DNA of 64,000 nt from an uncultured Gammaproteobacteria bacterium (GTDB taxonomy: Bacteria; Pseudomonadota; Gammaproteobacteria; UBA9214). Both the position numbers and the translations under genes were made by a program. The notes beneath the pieces are model-generated. The model was not told where the DNA came from, did no database searches, and worked only from the letters and a program-made list of their open reading frames with translations. Shown one piece after another: positions 54,007 to 64,000 of this stretch (position 1 is its first letter; every line of letters starts with the position of its first letter). The stretch spans positions 576,001 through 640,000 of the forward strand of contig CAVVHS010000006.1 in NCBI GenBank assembly GCA_963748215.1, written 5' to 3'.

Positions 54007-55441
54007 TCAGCTGCGTCGCCAGCTGGTGATCCCCGATGGATCGTCCTCCAGCACGATACCCTGCCGTGCCAGTTCGTCGCGAATGCGGTCGGCCTCCGCC
54101 CAGTCTTTTTCCTTGCGTGCCTGCAGGCGCTGCTGGATCAGCGTATTAATCCGTTCTTCAGTTAGCCCAGCCGCTGTTGCGGAGTCACCTTGCTCTGAAA
54201 TATTGGCCATCCCACTTATGCCGGATTGGAGATACTGCTCGGGTTCCGCCTGCAGCAACCCCAGCACCCCGGCCAGCTGCTTCAGGCAGCCGGCCAGCAG
54301 GCCGGCCTTGCCGGCGTCAGACTTGCTCACCCGGTTGATTTCGCGCGCCAGCTCGAACAACACGGCCACCGCCTCCGGCGTGTTGAAGTCATCGTCCATG
54401 GCTGCATGGAACTGGTCGACATAGCGCTTGCACGCATCATCCGTCGGTTCAGACAGCGGCTCCAGGCCACGCAGCGCAGTGTACAGGCGGGTTAGCGCCG
54501 CCCTGCTGTTGTCGAGGTTTTCCTGCGAATAATTGAGCGGACTGCGGTAGTGGCTGGCGAGAATGAAGTAACGCACTTCCTCCGCGCGGTAATTTTTGAG
54601 GATCTCGCGCACGGTGAAGAAATTGCCCAGCGACTTGGACATCTTTTCGTCGTCAACGCGGACGAAACCGTTATGCATCCAGTAGTTCACGAACGGCTTG
54701 CCGGTGGCGGCCTCCGACTGGGCAATCTCGTTTTCGTGGTGGGGAAACTTCAGGTCCATGCCGCCGCCGTGGATGTCAAAATGATCGCCCAGGTGATGGG
54801 TGGACATGGCCGAGCACTCGATATGCCAGCCCGGCCGGCCGGGCCCCCACGGCGACTGCCAGCTTGGCTCGCCCGGCTTAGCGCTGTTTCCACAGCACGA
54901 AATCCAGCGGATCACGCTTGGCCTCGTCGACTTCGATGCGCGCACCCGCCTGCAGGTCATCAAGCTGCTTGCCCGACAGCCTGCCGTAGCGGGCGAAGCT
55001 GCTGACGGCATAATAGACATCGCCGTTGCCGCCCTGGTAGGCATGCCCCTTCTCCACCAGCTTCGCAATCATGGTGATGATGTCATCCATCGAATCGGTG
55101 GCCTTCGGCTCGAGGTCCGGACGTGCAACGCCCAGCGCATCCGCATCCTCGTTCATGATATCGATGAAGCGTGCGGTCAGGGCGTGGAAGTCCTCGCCGT
55201 TCTCGTTAGCGCGGCGGATGATCTTGTCGTCGATGTCGGTGATGTTGCGCACGTAGGTCACGGCATAACCCTGCTCCCTGAGGTAACGCGCGACCACGTC
55301 GAATACCACCATGACGCGCGCATGCCCGAGGTGACAGTAGTCGTACACGGTCATGCCGCACACATACATCCTGACCCTGCCTGCGTCGATCGGGACGAAA
55401 ACATCTTTCTGACTGGTCAGGCTGTTGTAGATTCTAAGCAT
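54007..55441 (-). CDS. cysS: Cysteine-tRNA ligase with an apparent +1 frameshift near 54885
   Basis: CGMTVYD..HLGH...DFVLWK, then [10 protein letters not shown] and KMSKS in the next frame. Confidence 0.93.
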
Positions 55442-55629
55442 TCCGGGCTCACGGTGCGGACAGGCGAGGCGTGTATTGCTGTTGTTCCGGACCAGCCAGG
55501 CCGGTGGCCGGCAACAGCATCACATACACAGGCACGGCAACCGGTCCTGCCGGCAAGGCCGTGTGATCGCTCTTGTAATGAGTGCCAGAGCTTATATCAT
55601 TGGCACACCCTCACATCAACCGGAGCACT

Positions 55630-56232
55630 ATGATGAAATACCTGAATGGCCTGCTGCTGGCAGTCAGCATCGGTCTGGCGCCGACCAGCGCCTTCACCCA
55701 GAATAATCAACCAGACACAGAAGGAAACCACATGGTCAAGGTCACGATGGATACCAGCAAGGGCGTCATAAAGCTTGAGCTGGATGCCGACAAGGCGCCG
55801 CTCACGGTCACCAATTTCGTCGAGTATGCGAAGTCCGGTTTTTACGACAACACCATTTTTCACCGCGTCATACCCGGCTTCATGATCCAGGGCGGTGGCT
55901 TTGAGCCCGACATGAAGCAGAAAACCACCCGCGCGCCGGTTAAAAACGAGGCCGGCAACGGCCTGAAGAACCTGGCCGGCAGCATCGCCATGGCGCGCAC
56001 CAGCGACCCACACTCGGCCACCGCGCAGTTCTTCATCAACTGCGTGGATAACGATTTTCTGAACTTCAAGTCGGAGACGCCGCAGGGCTGGGGCTATACC
56101 GTGTTCGGCAAGGTCGTCGAGGGCATGGATACCGTCAAAACGATCGAAAAGGTCCCTACCGGCACCAGCTCCGGCATGGGTGATGTACCCGTCGAGCCAG
56201 TCATTATCAGGGCAGTGACCATCGAGGACTAG
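55630..56232 (+). CDS. Cyclophilin-type peptidyl-prolyl isomerase (PpiA/PpiB)
   Basis: [30 protein letters not shown]; divergent from cysS, before lpxH. Confidence 0.92.
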   Translation: MMKYLNGLLLAVSIGLAPTSAFTQNNQPDTEGNHMVKVTMDTSKGVIKLELDADKAPLTVTNFVEYAKSGFYDNTIFHRVIPGFMIQGGGFEPDMKQKTTRAPVKNEAGNGLKNLAGSIAMARTSDPHSATAQFFINCVDNDFLNFKSETPQGWGYTVFGKVVEGMDTVKTIEKVPTGTSSGMGDVPVEPVIIRAVTIED

Positions 56233-56252
56233 GCCGCGGGCCGCCTGCCGCC

Positions 56253-56990
56253 ATGCCCTGCACCCTGTTCATTTCGGACCTGCACCTGGATCCGGAACGG
56301 CCGGCGATCACCGCCCTGTTTCTCGACTTCCTCGCGGCGCGTGCGGGTCACGCCGATGCGCTGTACATCCTGGGCGACCTGTTCGAGGCATGGATCGGCG
56401 ATGACGATGATTCGGAGCTGAACCGGGGCGTGTGCCACGAACTGGCACGCTGCGCTGCGGCGGGCACCGCCGTTTACGTCATGCACGGCAACCGCGACTT
56501 CCTGCTCGGCGAGCGCTTTGCGAAGCAGTCGCACTGCACGCTGCTCGATGATCCCGCCTGCATCGACCTGTACGGCACGCCCACCCTGCTCATGCACGGT
56601 GATCTGCTGTGCACGGATGATACCGAATACCAGGCCTTTCGGGTCCAGGCGCGCAGCGCGGCATGGCAGGAAGAACTGCTGGCGAAAACTCTGCAGGAAC
56701 GCCGTGCCATCGCCAGCGAAATGCGCCGGGTCAGCCGCGAGAAGACCGGCGGCAAGCCTGAATCCATCATGGATGTCAACGCGACAGCGGTCATCGAGCG
56801 CATGACAAGGCACGCCACGATCCGCTTGATTCACGGTCACACGCACCGCCCGGACATACACGAACTGGTCATCGACGGCAGGCCCGCACAGCGCATCGTG
56901 CTGGGCGACTGGTACGAACAGGGCAGCGTGCTCGAATGTACGCCGAACGGATGCGAGCTGGAGTCACTCGAACCGCGGCGGACTTCCTAG
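56253..56990 (+). CDS. lpxH: UDP-2,3-diacylglucosamine hydrolase
   Basis: SDLH, GDLF, GNRDF, HGD, HGHTH, LGDW. Confidence 0.95.
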   Translation: MPCTLFISDLHLDPERPAITALFLDFLAARAGHADALYILGDLFEAWIGDDDDSELNRGVCHELARCAAAGTAVYVMHGNRDFLLGERFAKQSHCTLLDDPACIDLYGTPTLLMHGDLLCTDDTEYQAFRVQARSAAWQEELLAKTLQERRAIASEMRRVSREKTGGKPESIMDVNATAVIERMTRHATIRLIHGHTHRPDIHELVIDGRPAQRIVLGDWYEQGSVLECTPNGCELESLEPRRTS

Positions 56991-57114
56991 CCCGCATTTC
57001 TCACCGGGCAGCTGTAGACAGACATAATGAATTGAAATCACGAAAGTGATACCCATTCAGCAAACAACAGTGTGTCATCAGGCGGTGCCTATCCCGGTGA
57101 GAAATGCGGGCTAG
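56987..57114. mobile_element. 128-bp MITE, copy 2
   Basis: Perfect 22-bp TIR ctagcccgcatttctcaccggg; interior similar to copy 1. Confidence 0.8.
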
Positions 57115-57845
57115 TCGGTGGCGAGTCGAATGCGCTGATAGTCTTCCGGCAGCGCAAACAGCCCCGGCTCGACCTGCGCACCGGCGCGGAAGTTCACCAG
57201 CGAACGCTGGTAACCGGCACCATCCCACTCCTGGATCGGCAGTCCGTGGCGCAAATACCGGTCCGGCGCATACACGTAGCGGGACAGAAAACACGGCGTC
57301 TGCATCTCGGCCGGGACAGTGTGCAGACTGCCCAGCTGGCGATTGCCTAGCACCCTGGCGTAGTCGGCAAGACCGGCCACGGCATCGTCCAGCAGACCGG
57401 GCACGGCAGCAACCCGGAAGCAGGTCGTGTCGTTGGCCGTGAAGCGGACCAGCAACGGCTGCTTCCCGGCGACAGCCGGCGTCGCGTCATCTTCCTCGAT
57501 CACCTCGTCGAAGTGTAGCGTGTCAGGTACTCGCTGCTCGCGTGTCTGGAATTCGATCACCAGGATATTCCGCTCCTCGTGGTTGACGCTGTACAAGGTG
57601 CGTGTGCCACGATCCAGCAGCACGAAGTCACCGCCGTCGTCATCGTCGTCGAGACGCACGAACCCCGCGCTCACGATAATCCGGACCGGGTAGATATCGG
57701 TGCCTGCCTCCTTCTCCTGGTACCAGAGCATGCTGGCCGTGTGTGGCGCTGCATTTTCCTGCGCGGCTACCGGGCCCGCCACGGCAATCAGCATGCCGGC
57801 AAGACAACCCGCCGCCGCGTTCAGGATGTGTCGTCTGATATTCAC
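57111..57845 (-). CDS. Exported hypothetical protein
   Basis: Signal peptide; C-terminal LF.LP..Y; overlaps the stop of the upstream gene. Confidence 0.65.
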   Translation of the reverse strand: MNIRRHILNAAAGCLAGMLIAVAGPVAAQENAAPHTASMLWYQEKEAGTDIYPVRIIVSAGFVRLDDDDDGGDFVLLDRGTRTLYSVNHEERNILVIEFQTREQRVPDTLHFDEVIEEDDATPAVAGKQPLLVRFTANDTTCFRVAAVPGLLDDAVAGLADYARVLGNRQLGSLHTVPAEMQTPCFLSRYVYAPDRYLRHGLPIQEWDGAGYQRSLVNFRAGAQVEPGLFALPEDYQRIRLATD

Positions 57846-58651
57846 GTCGTCTCACTACCCATCGTTTCCAGCATCTCGATCTCCACGTCGTCGAACCCGG
57901 CCTGTTGCCGTGCCGCGGTATTGAGTGGCTTCCTGACCGGGCCCAGCCGGTATTCGCGCCACAGGTTTCCGAATGTCAGTACCGGGTCCAGTCCGCGCTG
58001 GCGGCACAGATACCGGTACCAGTGCGTACCGATTCTGACATGCCCGATCTCGTCGGCCAGTATCCGCTCCAGAATACGCACACTGCGTGTATCGCCCACC
58101 TGCTCGAGACGCGCGATCATCCCGGGTGTGACGTCCAGTCCGCGCGCCTCCAGCACCCGCGGCACCAGCGCCATGCGTACCAGCACGTCATGCGCGGTTT
58201 TCTCCGCCATCTCCCACAGGCCGTCATGCGCGGGAAAATCACCATAGACATGACCCAGTTCCTGCAGGCGGACGCGAAGCATATCAAAATGCAGGGCCTC
58301 CTCGCCGGCCACCTGGCTCCAGTCGCGGTAGAAACGTTCGGGCAGACCGCGGAACCGGCACACCGCGTCCCAGGCCAGGTTGATGGCATTGAACTCGATA
58401 TGGGCCAGCGCATGCAGGAAGGCCGCACGCCCCGCCGGCGTGCCCAGCTTGCGCGGCGCCAGCCGTGCATGGTGCACCAGCACCGGCCGCGCCGGCCGTC
58501 CCGCCCGCAACGCGGTTGCCGGGACATCGTCAGCCGGCCGTGCCCGGCCGCCGTCAGCCCAGAGGCTGGCCGCTCGCAGGGTCATGGCAACCTTGTCGAC
58601 CGGTTCTTCGGCCGCCAGGCAGTCACGTGCCAGCATCATCAGATTTTCCAT
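57842..58651 (-). CDS. Ferritin-like DUF455 protein
   Basis: HALAHIEFNAINLA, EEALHF, EARGLD, DEIGHV. Confidence 0.88.
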   Translation of the reverse strand: MENLMMLARDCLAAEEPVDKVAMTLRAASLWADGGRARPADDVPATALRAGRPARPVLVHHARLAPRKLGTPAGRAAFLHALAHIEFNAINLAWDAVCRFRGLPERFYRDWSQVAGEEALHFDMLRVRLQELGHVYGDFPAHDGLWEMAEKTAHDVLVRMALVPRVLEARGLDVTPGMIARLEQVGDTRSVRILERILADEIGHVRIGTHWYRYLCRQRGLDPVLTFGNLWREYRLGPVRKPLNTAARQQAGFDDVEIEMLETMGSETT

Positions 58652-58659
58652 GTCGGGTA

Positions 58660-59892
58660 TCAATCGGGCAGTCTCAGGCCAATGACCAGATCCATCACAT
58701 TGGTCCCGGTCGGACCGGTTTGCAGTACGTCGCCGGCCGCCGCCAGGCAGGTGCCGGCATCCGCCCGCCGTAACGCGCTTGCGGCGTCCTGGCCGGCGCT
58801 TGCCGCCCGGCTGACACTCAGGCCATCGACGATGGCGCCTGCCGCCGGAGTGGAACCGTCATTGCCATCGGTGCCGGCGGCCAGCAACAGTATAGTCTGC
58901 TGCCCCTGCAGCACGAGCGCGGCGGCCAGGGCCAGCTGCTGGTTGCGGCCGCCCTGGCCCGGCTGTTCCGGCAGCACCACCGTGGTCTCGCCACCCCAGA
59001 GGTAAATACCCGGTGCGGCGCTGAACAGCTGCTGTGCGATGTGCTGCGCGGCGGACTCGGCCGGACCGGCGAGCGCCTCGGGCATGACCCGCGCCGGGTA
59101 ACCGATGTCAGCGGCGCAGGCCGCGGCGGCCGTCAAAGCGTCCGCGAGACTGGCGACCACGTGATGCGGAAGCGTCTCCGGACAGCGCAGCAGGTCACCG
59201 GCCGCTGGCAGCACCAGCCAGTCCGGCAGCACTGGCAGCTCGCGCGCCGCTAGCGCGTCGGGATACAGCGGCCCGGAACCGATGATGGCCGGATCATCGC
59301 CCGGCACGTCCGAGATCAGCAGCACGCTGGCCGGGCGCTTGCCCAGCCAGGCCGTCAAGCGGCCGCCCTTGATGGCGGACAGTGCCTGCCGCACGCGGTT
59401 CACGGCGCGGATATCCAGACCGCTGCCGATCAGCCAGCGGTTGGCGCGGCGCAGCAGATCGAGGCTGACCCCGTCGGGCAGCACCTCGACCAGGCTGGAC
59501 GCCCCGCCCGACAGGAGGAACAGGACCGGCAGATCCGCCGGCAACCCGGCGAGGAAGCGGAGCAGCCGGGTACCGGCCGCGAGGCTGTATTCGTCGGGCA
59601 GTGGATGCCCGCCCTGCAGGCGAGTGATGCGGTCATCCCGCTCGAGTGAGGCGTCGAAATGACCGGGCTTGGTGATCAGCAAGGCACTGAACAGCTGCAC
59701 CCCCGGCGCCTCACGTGCGCCGGCGAGCATCGCGGCCCCCGCCTTGCCTATGGCGACTACCGCGATCCTGCCGGCCGGCGGCCGATTGCCAAGGAAGCGC
59801 CGCACGACCGTCCGACCGTCGACAGCGGCCAGTGCCGCGCGAAAAATCGTCTCGAGGTGTTGCCGCGCCAGGGCCGGCTCGGTGTGCCTCAT
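58660..59892 (-). CDS. Glycerate kinase type 2 (DUF4147/MOFRL)
   Basis: IGKA, LSGGASSL, KGG.L, GGETTV, GGRNQ, GTDG.DG, TGTNVMD. Confidence 0.9.
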   Translation of the reverse strand: MRHTEPALARQHLETIFRAALAAVDGRTVVRRFLGNRPPAGRIAVVAIGKAGAAMLAGAREAPGVQLFSALLITKPGHFDASLERDDRITRLQGGHPLPDEYSLAAGTRLLRFLAGLPADLPVLFLLSGGASSLVEVLPDGVSLDLLRRANRWLIGSGLDIRAVNRVRQALSAIKGGRLTAWLGKRPASVLLISDVPGDDPAIIGSGPLYPDALAARELPVLPDWLVLPAAGDLLRCPETLPHHVVASLADALTAAAACAADIGYPARVMPEALAGPAESAAQHIAQQLFSAAPGIYLWGGETTVVLPEQPGQGGRNQQLALAAALVLQGQQTILLLAAGTDGNDGSTPAAGAIVDGLSVSRAASAGQDAASALRRADAGTCLAAAGDVLQTGPTGTNVMDLVIGLRLPD

Positions 59893-59928
59893 GTCAGCCG
59901 TGACGGTAGCGCGCCGGGGCCGCGCCGT

Positions 59929-61116
59929 TCAGCCGCCCACGGCGTCGAAGCCACGCTCCAGGTCATCACGCAGGTCATCCACCGCTTCCAGGCCGACGGC
60001 CAGCCGGATCAGGCCGTCCGAGATCCCCGCCTGTGCGCGCTGCCCGGGGTCCAGGCGGCCGTGCGTGGTGGTCGCCGGATGCGTGATAGTGCTCTTGGTA
60101 TCGCCCAGGTTGGCGGTGATCGAGAACAGCCGGGTGGCGTCGATGAAGGCCCAGGCATCGCGCTGCCCGCCCTTGAGTTCAAACGACAGCACACCGCCGA
60201 AGCCCTGCTGTTGCTGTTGCGCCAGTGCGTGTTGCGGGTGCGAGGCAAGACCCGGGTGATGGACGCGCGCCACGGCCGGCTGCTGCTCCAGCCAGCTCGC
60301 CAGTGCCAGCGCGTTTTCGCAATGTGCGCGCATGCGCAGCGCCAGGGTTTCCAGTCCCTTCAGAAACACCCAGGCATTGAACGGGCTCATGGACGGGCCG
60401 GCGGTACGCAGGAAACCGTACACTTCCTTGCCGACCTGTTCGGCGTTGCCGACCACCGCCCCGCCGATGCAGCGCCCCTGCCCGTCGAGATACTTGGTCG
60501 CCGAGTGGATCACGATATCGGCACCGAGTTCCAGTGGCCGCTGCAGGGCCGGTGTGCAGAAACAGTTGTCCACCACCAGCACGCAGTCATGCGCACCGGC
60601 CAGGGTCGCCAGTGCCCGGATATCCGCCAGTTCGGTGAGCGGATTGGACGGCGTCTCCAGGAACAGCAGCCGGGTCTGCGGCCGGATGGCAGCTTCCCAG
60701 GCATGCAGGTCGGCCAGCGCGACAAAGCTCGTCTCGATACCGAAGCGCGCCAGGTAGGTCGTGAACAGCACTGTGGTCGTGCCGAAGATGCTGCGCGAGG
60801 CGACGATGTGATCGCCGGCCTTCAGCAGCCCGGCGCAGGTGGCCAGGATCGCGGCCATGCCGGACGCCGTGGCCACGCAACGCTCACCGCCTTCCAGCGT
60901 CGCCAGCCGCTCCTCGAACGTGCGCACCGTCGGATTGGTGAACCGTGAATAGATATTGCCGGGCGCATCCCCGGCAAAGCGTGCGGCGGCTTCCGCGGCA
61001 CTGGCGAATACGTAACTGGAAGTCGGGAATATCGGTTCGGCATGTTCGCCCTCGGCGGTACGATGCTGACCGCTGCGCACTGCGCGGGTCTCGAACTGGT
61101 ACTCATCGTATGACAT
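59929..61116 (-). CDS. metZ: O-succinylhomoserine sulfhydrylase
   Basis: YSRFTNPT, SATKYLDGQGR, NLGDTKS; downstream of purF; SAM riboswitch upstream. Confidence 0.92.
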   Translation of the reverse strand: MSYDEYQFETRAVRSGQHRTAEGEHAEPIFPTSSYVFASAAEAAARFAGDAPGNIYSRFTNPTVRTFEERLATLEGGERCVATASGMAAILATCAGLLKAGDHIVASRSIFGTTTVLFTTYLARFGIETSFVALADLHAWEAAIRPQTRLLFLETPSNPLTELADIRALATLAGAHDCVLVVDNCFCTPALQRPLELGADIVIHSATKYLDGQGRCIGGAVVGNAEQVGKEVYGFLRTAGPSMSPFNAWVFLKGLETLALRMRAHCENALALASWLEQQPAVARVHHPGLASHPQHALAQQQQQGFGGVLSFELKGGQRDAWAFIDATRLFSITANLGDTKSTITHPATTTHGRLDPGQRAQAGISDGLIRLAVGLEAVDDLRDDLERGFDAVGG

Positions 61117-61161
61117 GATTCATTGTCCTCTCATGTAACACTAACGGCTTGTCGCGGGCAC

Positions 61162-61194
61162 AAAAAAACCTGCTTGCAGTACGCGAAAGCAGGT
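61162..61194 (-). terminator. Intrinsic terminator in the metZ leader
   Basis: Minus strand cacctgctttcgcgtactgcaagcagg-ttttttt. Confidence 0.75.
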
Positions 61195-61199
61195 GCCGT

Positions 61200-61249
61200 C
61201 GCTTTAGCTGCATTTGTCAGGCGCCCGCAAGCTGAAATCAAATCGGCGC
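61200..61249 (-). ncRNA. SAM-II-type riboswitch
   Basis: Minus strand GCGCCGATTTG-ATTTCAG-CTTGCGGGCGC-CTGAC-AAATGCAGCTAAAG matches the SAM-II pseudoknot pattern; upstream of a methionine gene. Confidence 0.8.
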
Positions 61250-61307
61250 AGTTCACGAGGAGCGTAGTTGACGGCCGACGGGCTGTCAACCTGGCCAGTC
61301 GCGGGTT

Positions 61308-62819
61308 TCAGGCGGTGTTGTGCAGGTCGATCACCTCGTCATCCTTGTCGCGACGTCCCTTCTTGGCGGCATCGTTGCGCAGGGTTTGCAGGTCATTGAG
61401 GTAATCGCCGCTGACGTCGCCGGTCACGTATTCGCCGGTGAACACCGAGTCGTCGAAGCGCTTGATCTTGGTGTTGCCCTTGCTGACCGCCTTGATCAGG
61501 TCTTCCATATCCTGGAACACCAACCAGTCGGCGCCGATCGCCGCACCGACCTCGTCTTCGCTGCGCCCCGCGGCGATCAGTTCATCGCTGCTCGGCATAT
61601 CGATTCCGTAGACATTCTGGTAGCGCACCGGCGGCGCTGCCGAGGCAAAATAGACCTTGTTGGCGCCGGCATCGCGCGCCATGTCGATGATCTGCGAGGA
61701 CGTGGTGCCACGCACGATCGAGTCATCTACCAGCAGCACGTTCTTGTCCCGGAATTCCAGTTCGATGGCATTCAGCTTCTGGCGCACGGACTTCTTGCGC
61801 TGTTGCTGGCCGGGCATGATGAAGGTACGGCCAATATAGCGATTCTTGATAAAACCCTCGCGGTACTTGACACCCAGGTTAAAGGCCAGTTGCAGCGCCG
61901 AGGTGCGGCTGGTGTCGGGTATCGGAATGACCACGTCGATATCGTGTTCGGGCCACACCCGGAGGATCTTGTCGGCCAGCTTGTCGCCCATGCGCAGCCG
62001 CGCCTTGTAGACGGAGATCCGGTCGATGATGGAATCCGGCCGTGCCAGGTAGACGTATTCGAAGATGCACGGTGACAATACCGCCTGCTCGGCACACTGC
62101 TTGCGGTGCAACTTGCCGTCCAGCGTGACAACAATCGCCTCGCCCGGGGCCACGTCGTCGATGAGTTCGAAATCGAGTGCGTCCAGCGCGACGCTCTCGG
62201 ACGCCATCATGTAATCGGTGCCCGCCGGGGTCTCGCGCTTGCCATACACCACCGGGCGAATCCCGCAGGGGTCACGAAACGCGACCACACCGTAGCCGGT
62301 GATCATCGCCACCGCCGCGTAGGCGCCACGACAGCGCCGGTGCACACTGGCCACCGCCTTGAAGATATCGTTGACGTCGATCTTGAGCTTGGCGTGCTGT
62401 TGCAGCTCGTGTGCAAATACGTTGAGCAGCACCTCGGAATCGGAGTCTGTGTTGATCTGCCGCAGGTCTTCCTGGAACAGTTCCTGCTTCAGCTTGTTGG
62501 CGTTGATGAGATTGCCGTTATGGGCCAGGCTGACGCCGTAGGGCGAATTGACATAAAACGGCTGCGCCTCTGCCGAACTCGCACAGCCGGCTGTCGGGTA
62601 GCGTACATGGCCGATGCCCATGTTGCCGCGCAGTCGGCGCATGTGACGGGTATGAAAGACATCCCGCACCAGGCCGTTGTCCTTGCGAAGGTTCATCCTG
62701 CCACCCTCGCAGGTCATGATGCCGGCGGCATCCTGGCCGCGATGCTGCAGCACGGTCAGTCCGTCGTAAATGGCCTGGTTGACCGGACTGTGTGCAACTA
62801 TCCCTATGATGCCGCACAT
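61308..62819 (-). CDS. purF: Amidophosphoribosyltransferase
   Basis: [20 protein letters not shown]. Confidence 0.97.
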   Translation of the reverse strand: MCGIIGIVAHSPVNQAIYDGLTVLQHRGQDAAGIMTCEGGRMNLRKDNGLVRDVFHTRHMRRLRGNMGIGHVRYPTAGCASSAEAQPFYVNSPYGVSLAHNGNLINANKLKQELFQEDLRQINTDSDSEVLLNVFAHELQQHAKLKIDVNDIFKAVASVHRRCRGAYAAVAMITGYGVVAFRDPCGIRPVVYGKRETPAGTDYMMASESVALDALDFELIDDVAPGEAIVVTLDGKLHRKQCAEQAVLSPCIFEYVYLARPDSIIDRISVYKARLRMGDKLADKILRVWPEHDIDVVIPIPDTSRTSALQLAFNLGVKYREGFIKNRYIGRTFIMPGQQQRKKSVRQKLNAIELEFRDKNVLLVDDSIVRGTTSSQIIDMARDAGANKVYFASAAPPVRYQNVYGIDMPSSDELIAAGRSEDEVGAAIGADWLVFQDMEDLIKAVSKGNTKIKRFDDSVFTGEYVTGDVSGDYLNDLQTLRNDAAKKGRRDKDDEVIDLHNTA

Positions 62820-62852
62820 GCTGGTACCTCCAGGACGCCCGCGACCGAACGG

Positions 62853-63350
62853 TCAGGCGTAGTTGATATTGCTGGCAATCTCTTCAGGCAGGAAGCTGCG
62901 CATCCACAGCGCGAACTCTTCGAAATAACTGAGGAACTGCGAGTCCTGCCACCAGGAATCATGCGGGAATGGCGTCAGGCCGGCGAGCAGAACCAGGATC
63001 GCGACGATGACACCGCCGCGTGCGATACCGAATACAATCCCCAGCATCTTGTCCGTACTGGTCAGTCCGGTACGCGAGACCAGCTTGCTGGCGAGGTAGT
63101 TGACCACGGCACCAAGCAGCAGCACACAGACGAACAGCAAGGCAAAGGCGGTGATCTTCTGTGCCGAGGCGAGCGTGATCCATTGTGACAGCCAGGTGGC
63201 AAAAGGCTCGTAAAAGGACATGGCCACCCACAGGGCGATCAGCCAGGTCGCCAGTGCCAGCGCTTCCTTGACGAAGCCGCGAAACAGACTCAGTATCGCT
63301 GACAGCACCACCAGCGCCAGTATCACTATATCAATCCAGGCAATTGCCAT
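62853..63350 (-). CDS. cvpA: Colicin V production family protein
   Basis: RGFVKEA, D..LG..FG.ARG; upstream of purF. Confidence 0.92.
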   Translation of the reverse strand: MAIAWIDIVILALVVLSAILSLFRGFVKEALALATWLIALWVAMSFYEPFATWLSQWITLASAQKITAFALLFVCVLLLGAVVNYLASKLVSRTGLTSTDKMLGIVFGIARGGVIVAILVLLAGLTPFPHDSWWQDSQFLSYFEEFALWMRSFLPEEIASNINYA

Positions 63351-63440
63351 ATCGACCTCGTGCTCCAGAGTACATAGACGGCCCCGAACTGGCCAGGCGG
63401 CCATTTTAGCAGATAAGTGCCGGAAATCACCACGTTCGCG

Positions 63441-64000
63441 TCATTCCGGCGTCGCGGGCAATTCGATGACGATCCCCTTGAGTTGCAGCTCCCTGGCCAG
63501 CTTTTGCAGCAGTTTCTCCGCATTCCCCCGCCCTTTTTCCGGCCCGACCAGAACGCGATAGCTGCTGCCCTTGCCAATGTCGGTTTGCTGCAGGTGCGCC
63601 GGGTAGCCGGCCTTGCCCAGTCGTTCGTGCAACCCGGCGGCATTGTCCTGCTGGCTGAAACTCCCTACCTGGGCATACCAGCCCTCCGCCGGTGCCGCGG
63701 CTGCCGGTGGATTGCGGGTAACCGGCACCTCCGCCACGGGTACCGAGGCCGGTTCGGGCACCGCGGGTAACGACGCAGGCTCCGGCCCCGTATCAGCACC
63801 GTCGGCCTGAACCGGGTCAGCCTGCGTCTGGCCGGGAGGCGCCGCGACCGGACCGGCAGCCGTGGCGCCTTCGGTTTCCGGCAAGGGCAGCTCCATGCTC
63901 GTGCGGAATTCCAGTGGCGGCGGTTGCGGAATGTTCTGGTTGCGCGGCGTCCATTCGTCTCCCGGGCCTTCGAGGATGACGGGAATGAAAATGACGGCCA
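63441..64000 (-). CDS. dedD: SPOR-domain cell division protein (partial, N-terminus beyond the window)
   Basis: WYAQVGSFS...NA, YRVLVGP; AVIFIP.IL near the edge; dedD-cvpA-purF synteny. Confidence 0.82.
   Translation of the reverse strand, partial: AVIFIPVILEGPGDEWTPRNQNIPQPPPLEFRTSMELPLPETEGATAAGPVAAPPGQTQADPVQADGADTGPEPASLPAVPEPASVPVAEVPVTRNPPAAAAPAEGWYAQVGSFSQQDNAAGLHERLGKAGYPAHLQQTDIGKGSSYRVLVGPEKGRGNAEKLLQKLARELQLKGIVIELPATPE

Overview
GC-rich gammaproteobacterial chromosome segment. Positions ~15-64 kb are mostly housekeeping genes: a second Lon with Hsp20, sdhCDAB-sdhE-ygfX, ygfZ, msrB, a peptide ABC system, fabI, the tig-clpP-clpX-lon-hupB-tRNA-ppiD block, a 5-tRNA cluster, folD, cysS, a cyclophilin, lpxH, metZ with a SAM-II riboswitch, purF, cvpA and dedD. 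Six genes each carry a single +1 frameshift, most likely assembly errors. The main signal is at ~4.6-14.6 kb. About a dozen ~60-bp imperfect hairpins with GGGGTCAGA...TCTGACCCC arms, in three subfamilies, separate small and often AT-richer minus-strand genes whose stop codons frequently abut a hairpin arm. Three short (64-86 bp), slightly diverged copies of pieces of the neighbouring upstream gene lie between or beside the hairpins. This looks like a non-integron, non-CRISPR gene-cassette accumulation locus. No integrase or transposase is visible in the window, so the mechanism is inference only. Also present are a nested MITE/REP stack (7.4-7.7 kb) and two 128-bp CTAG-bounded MITEs that overlap stop codons. 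All product calls come from motif recognition, not database searches.
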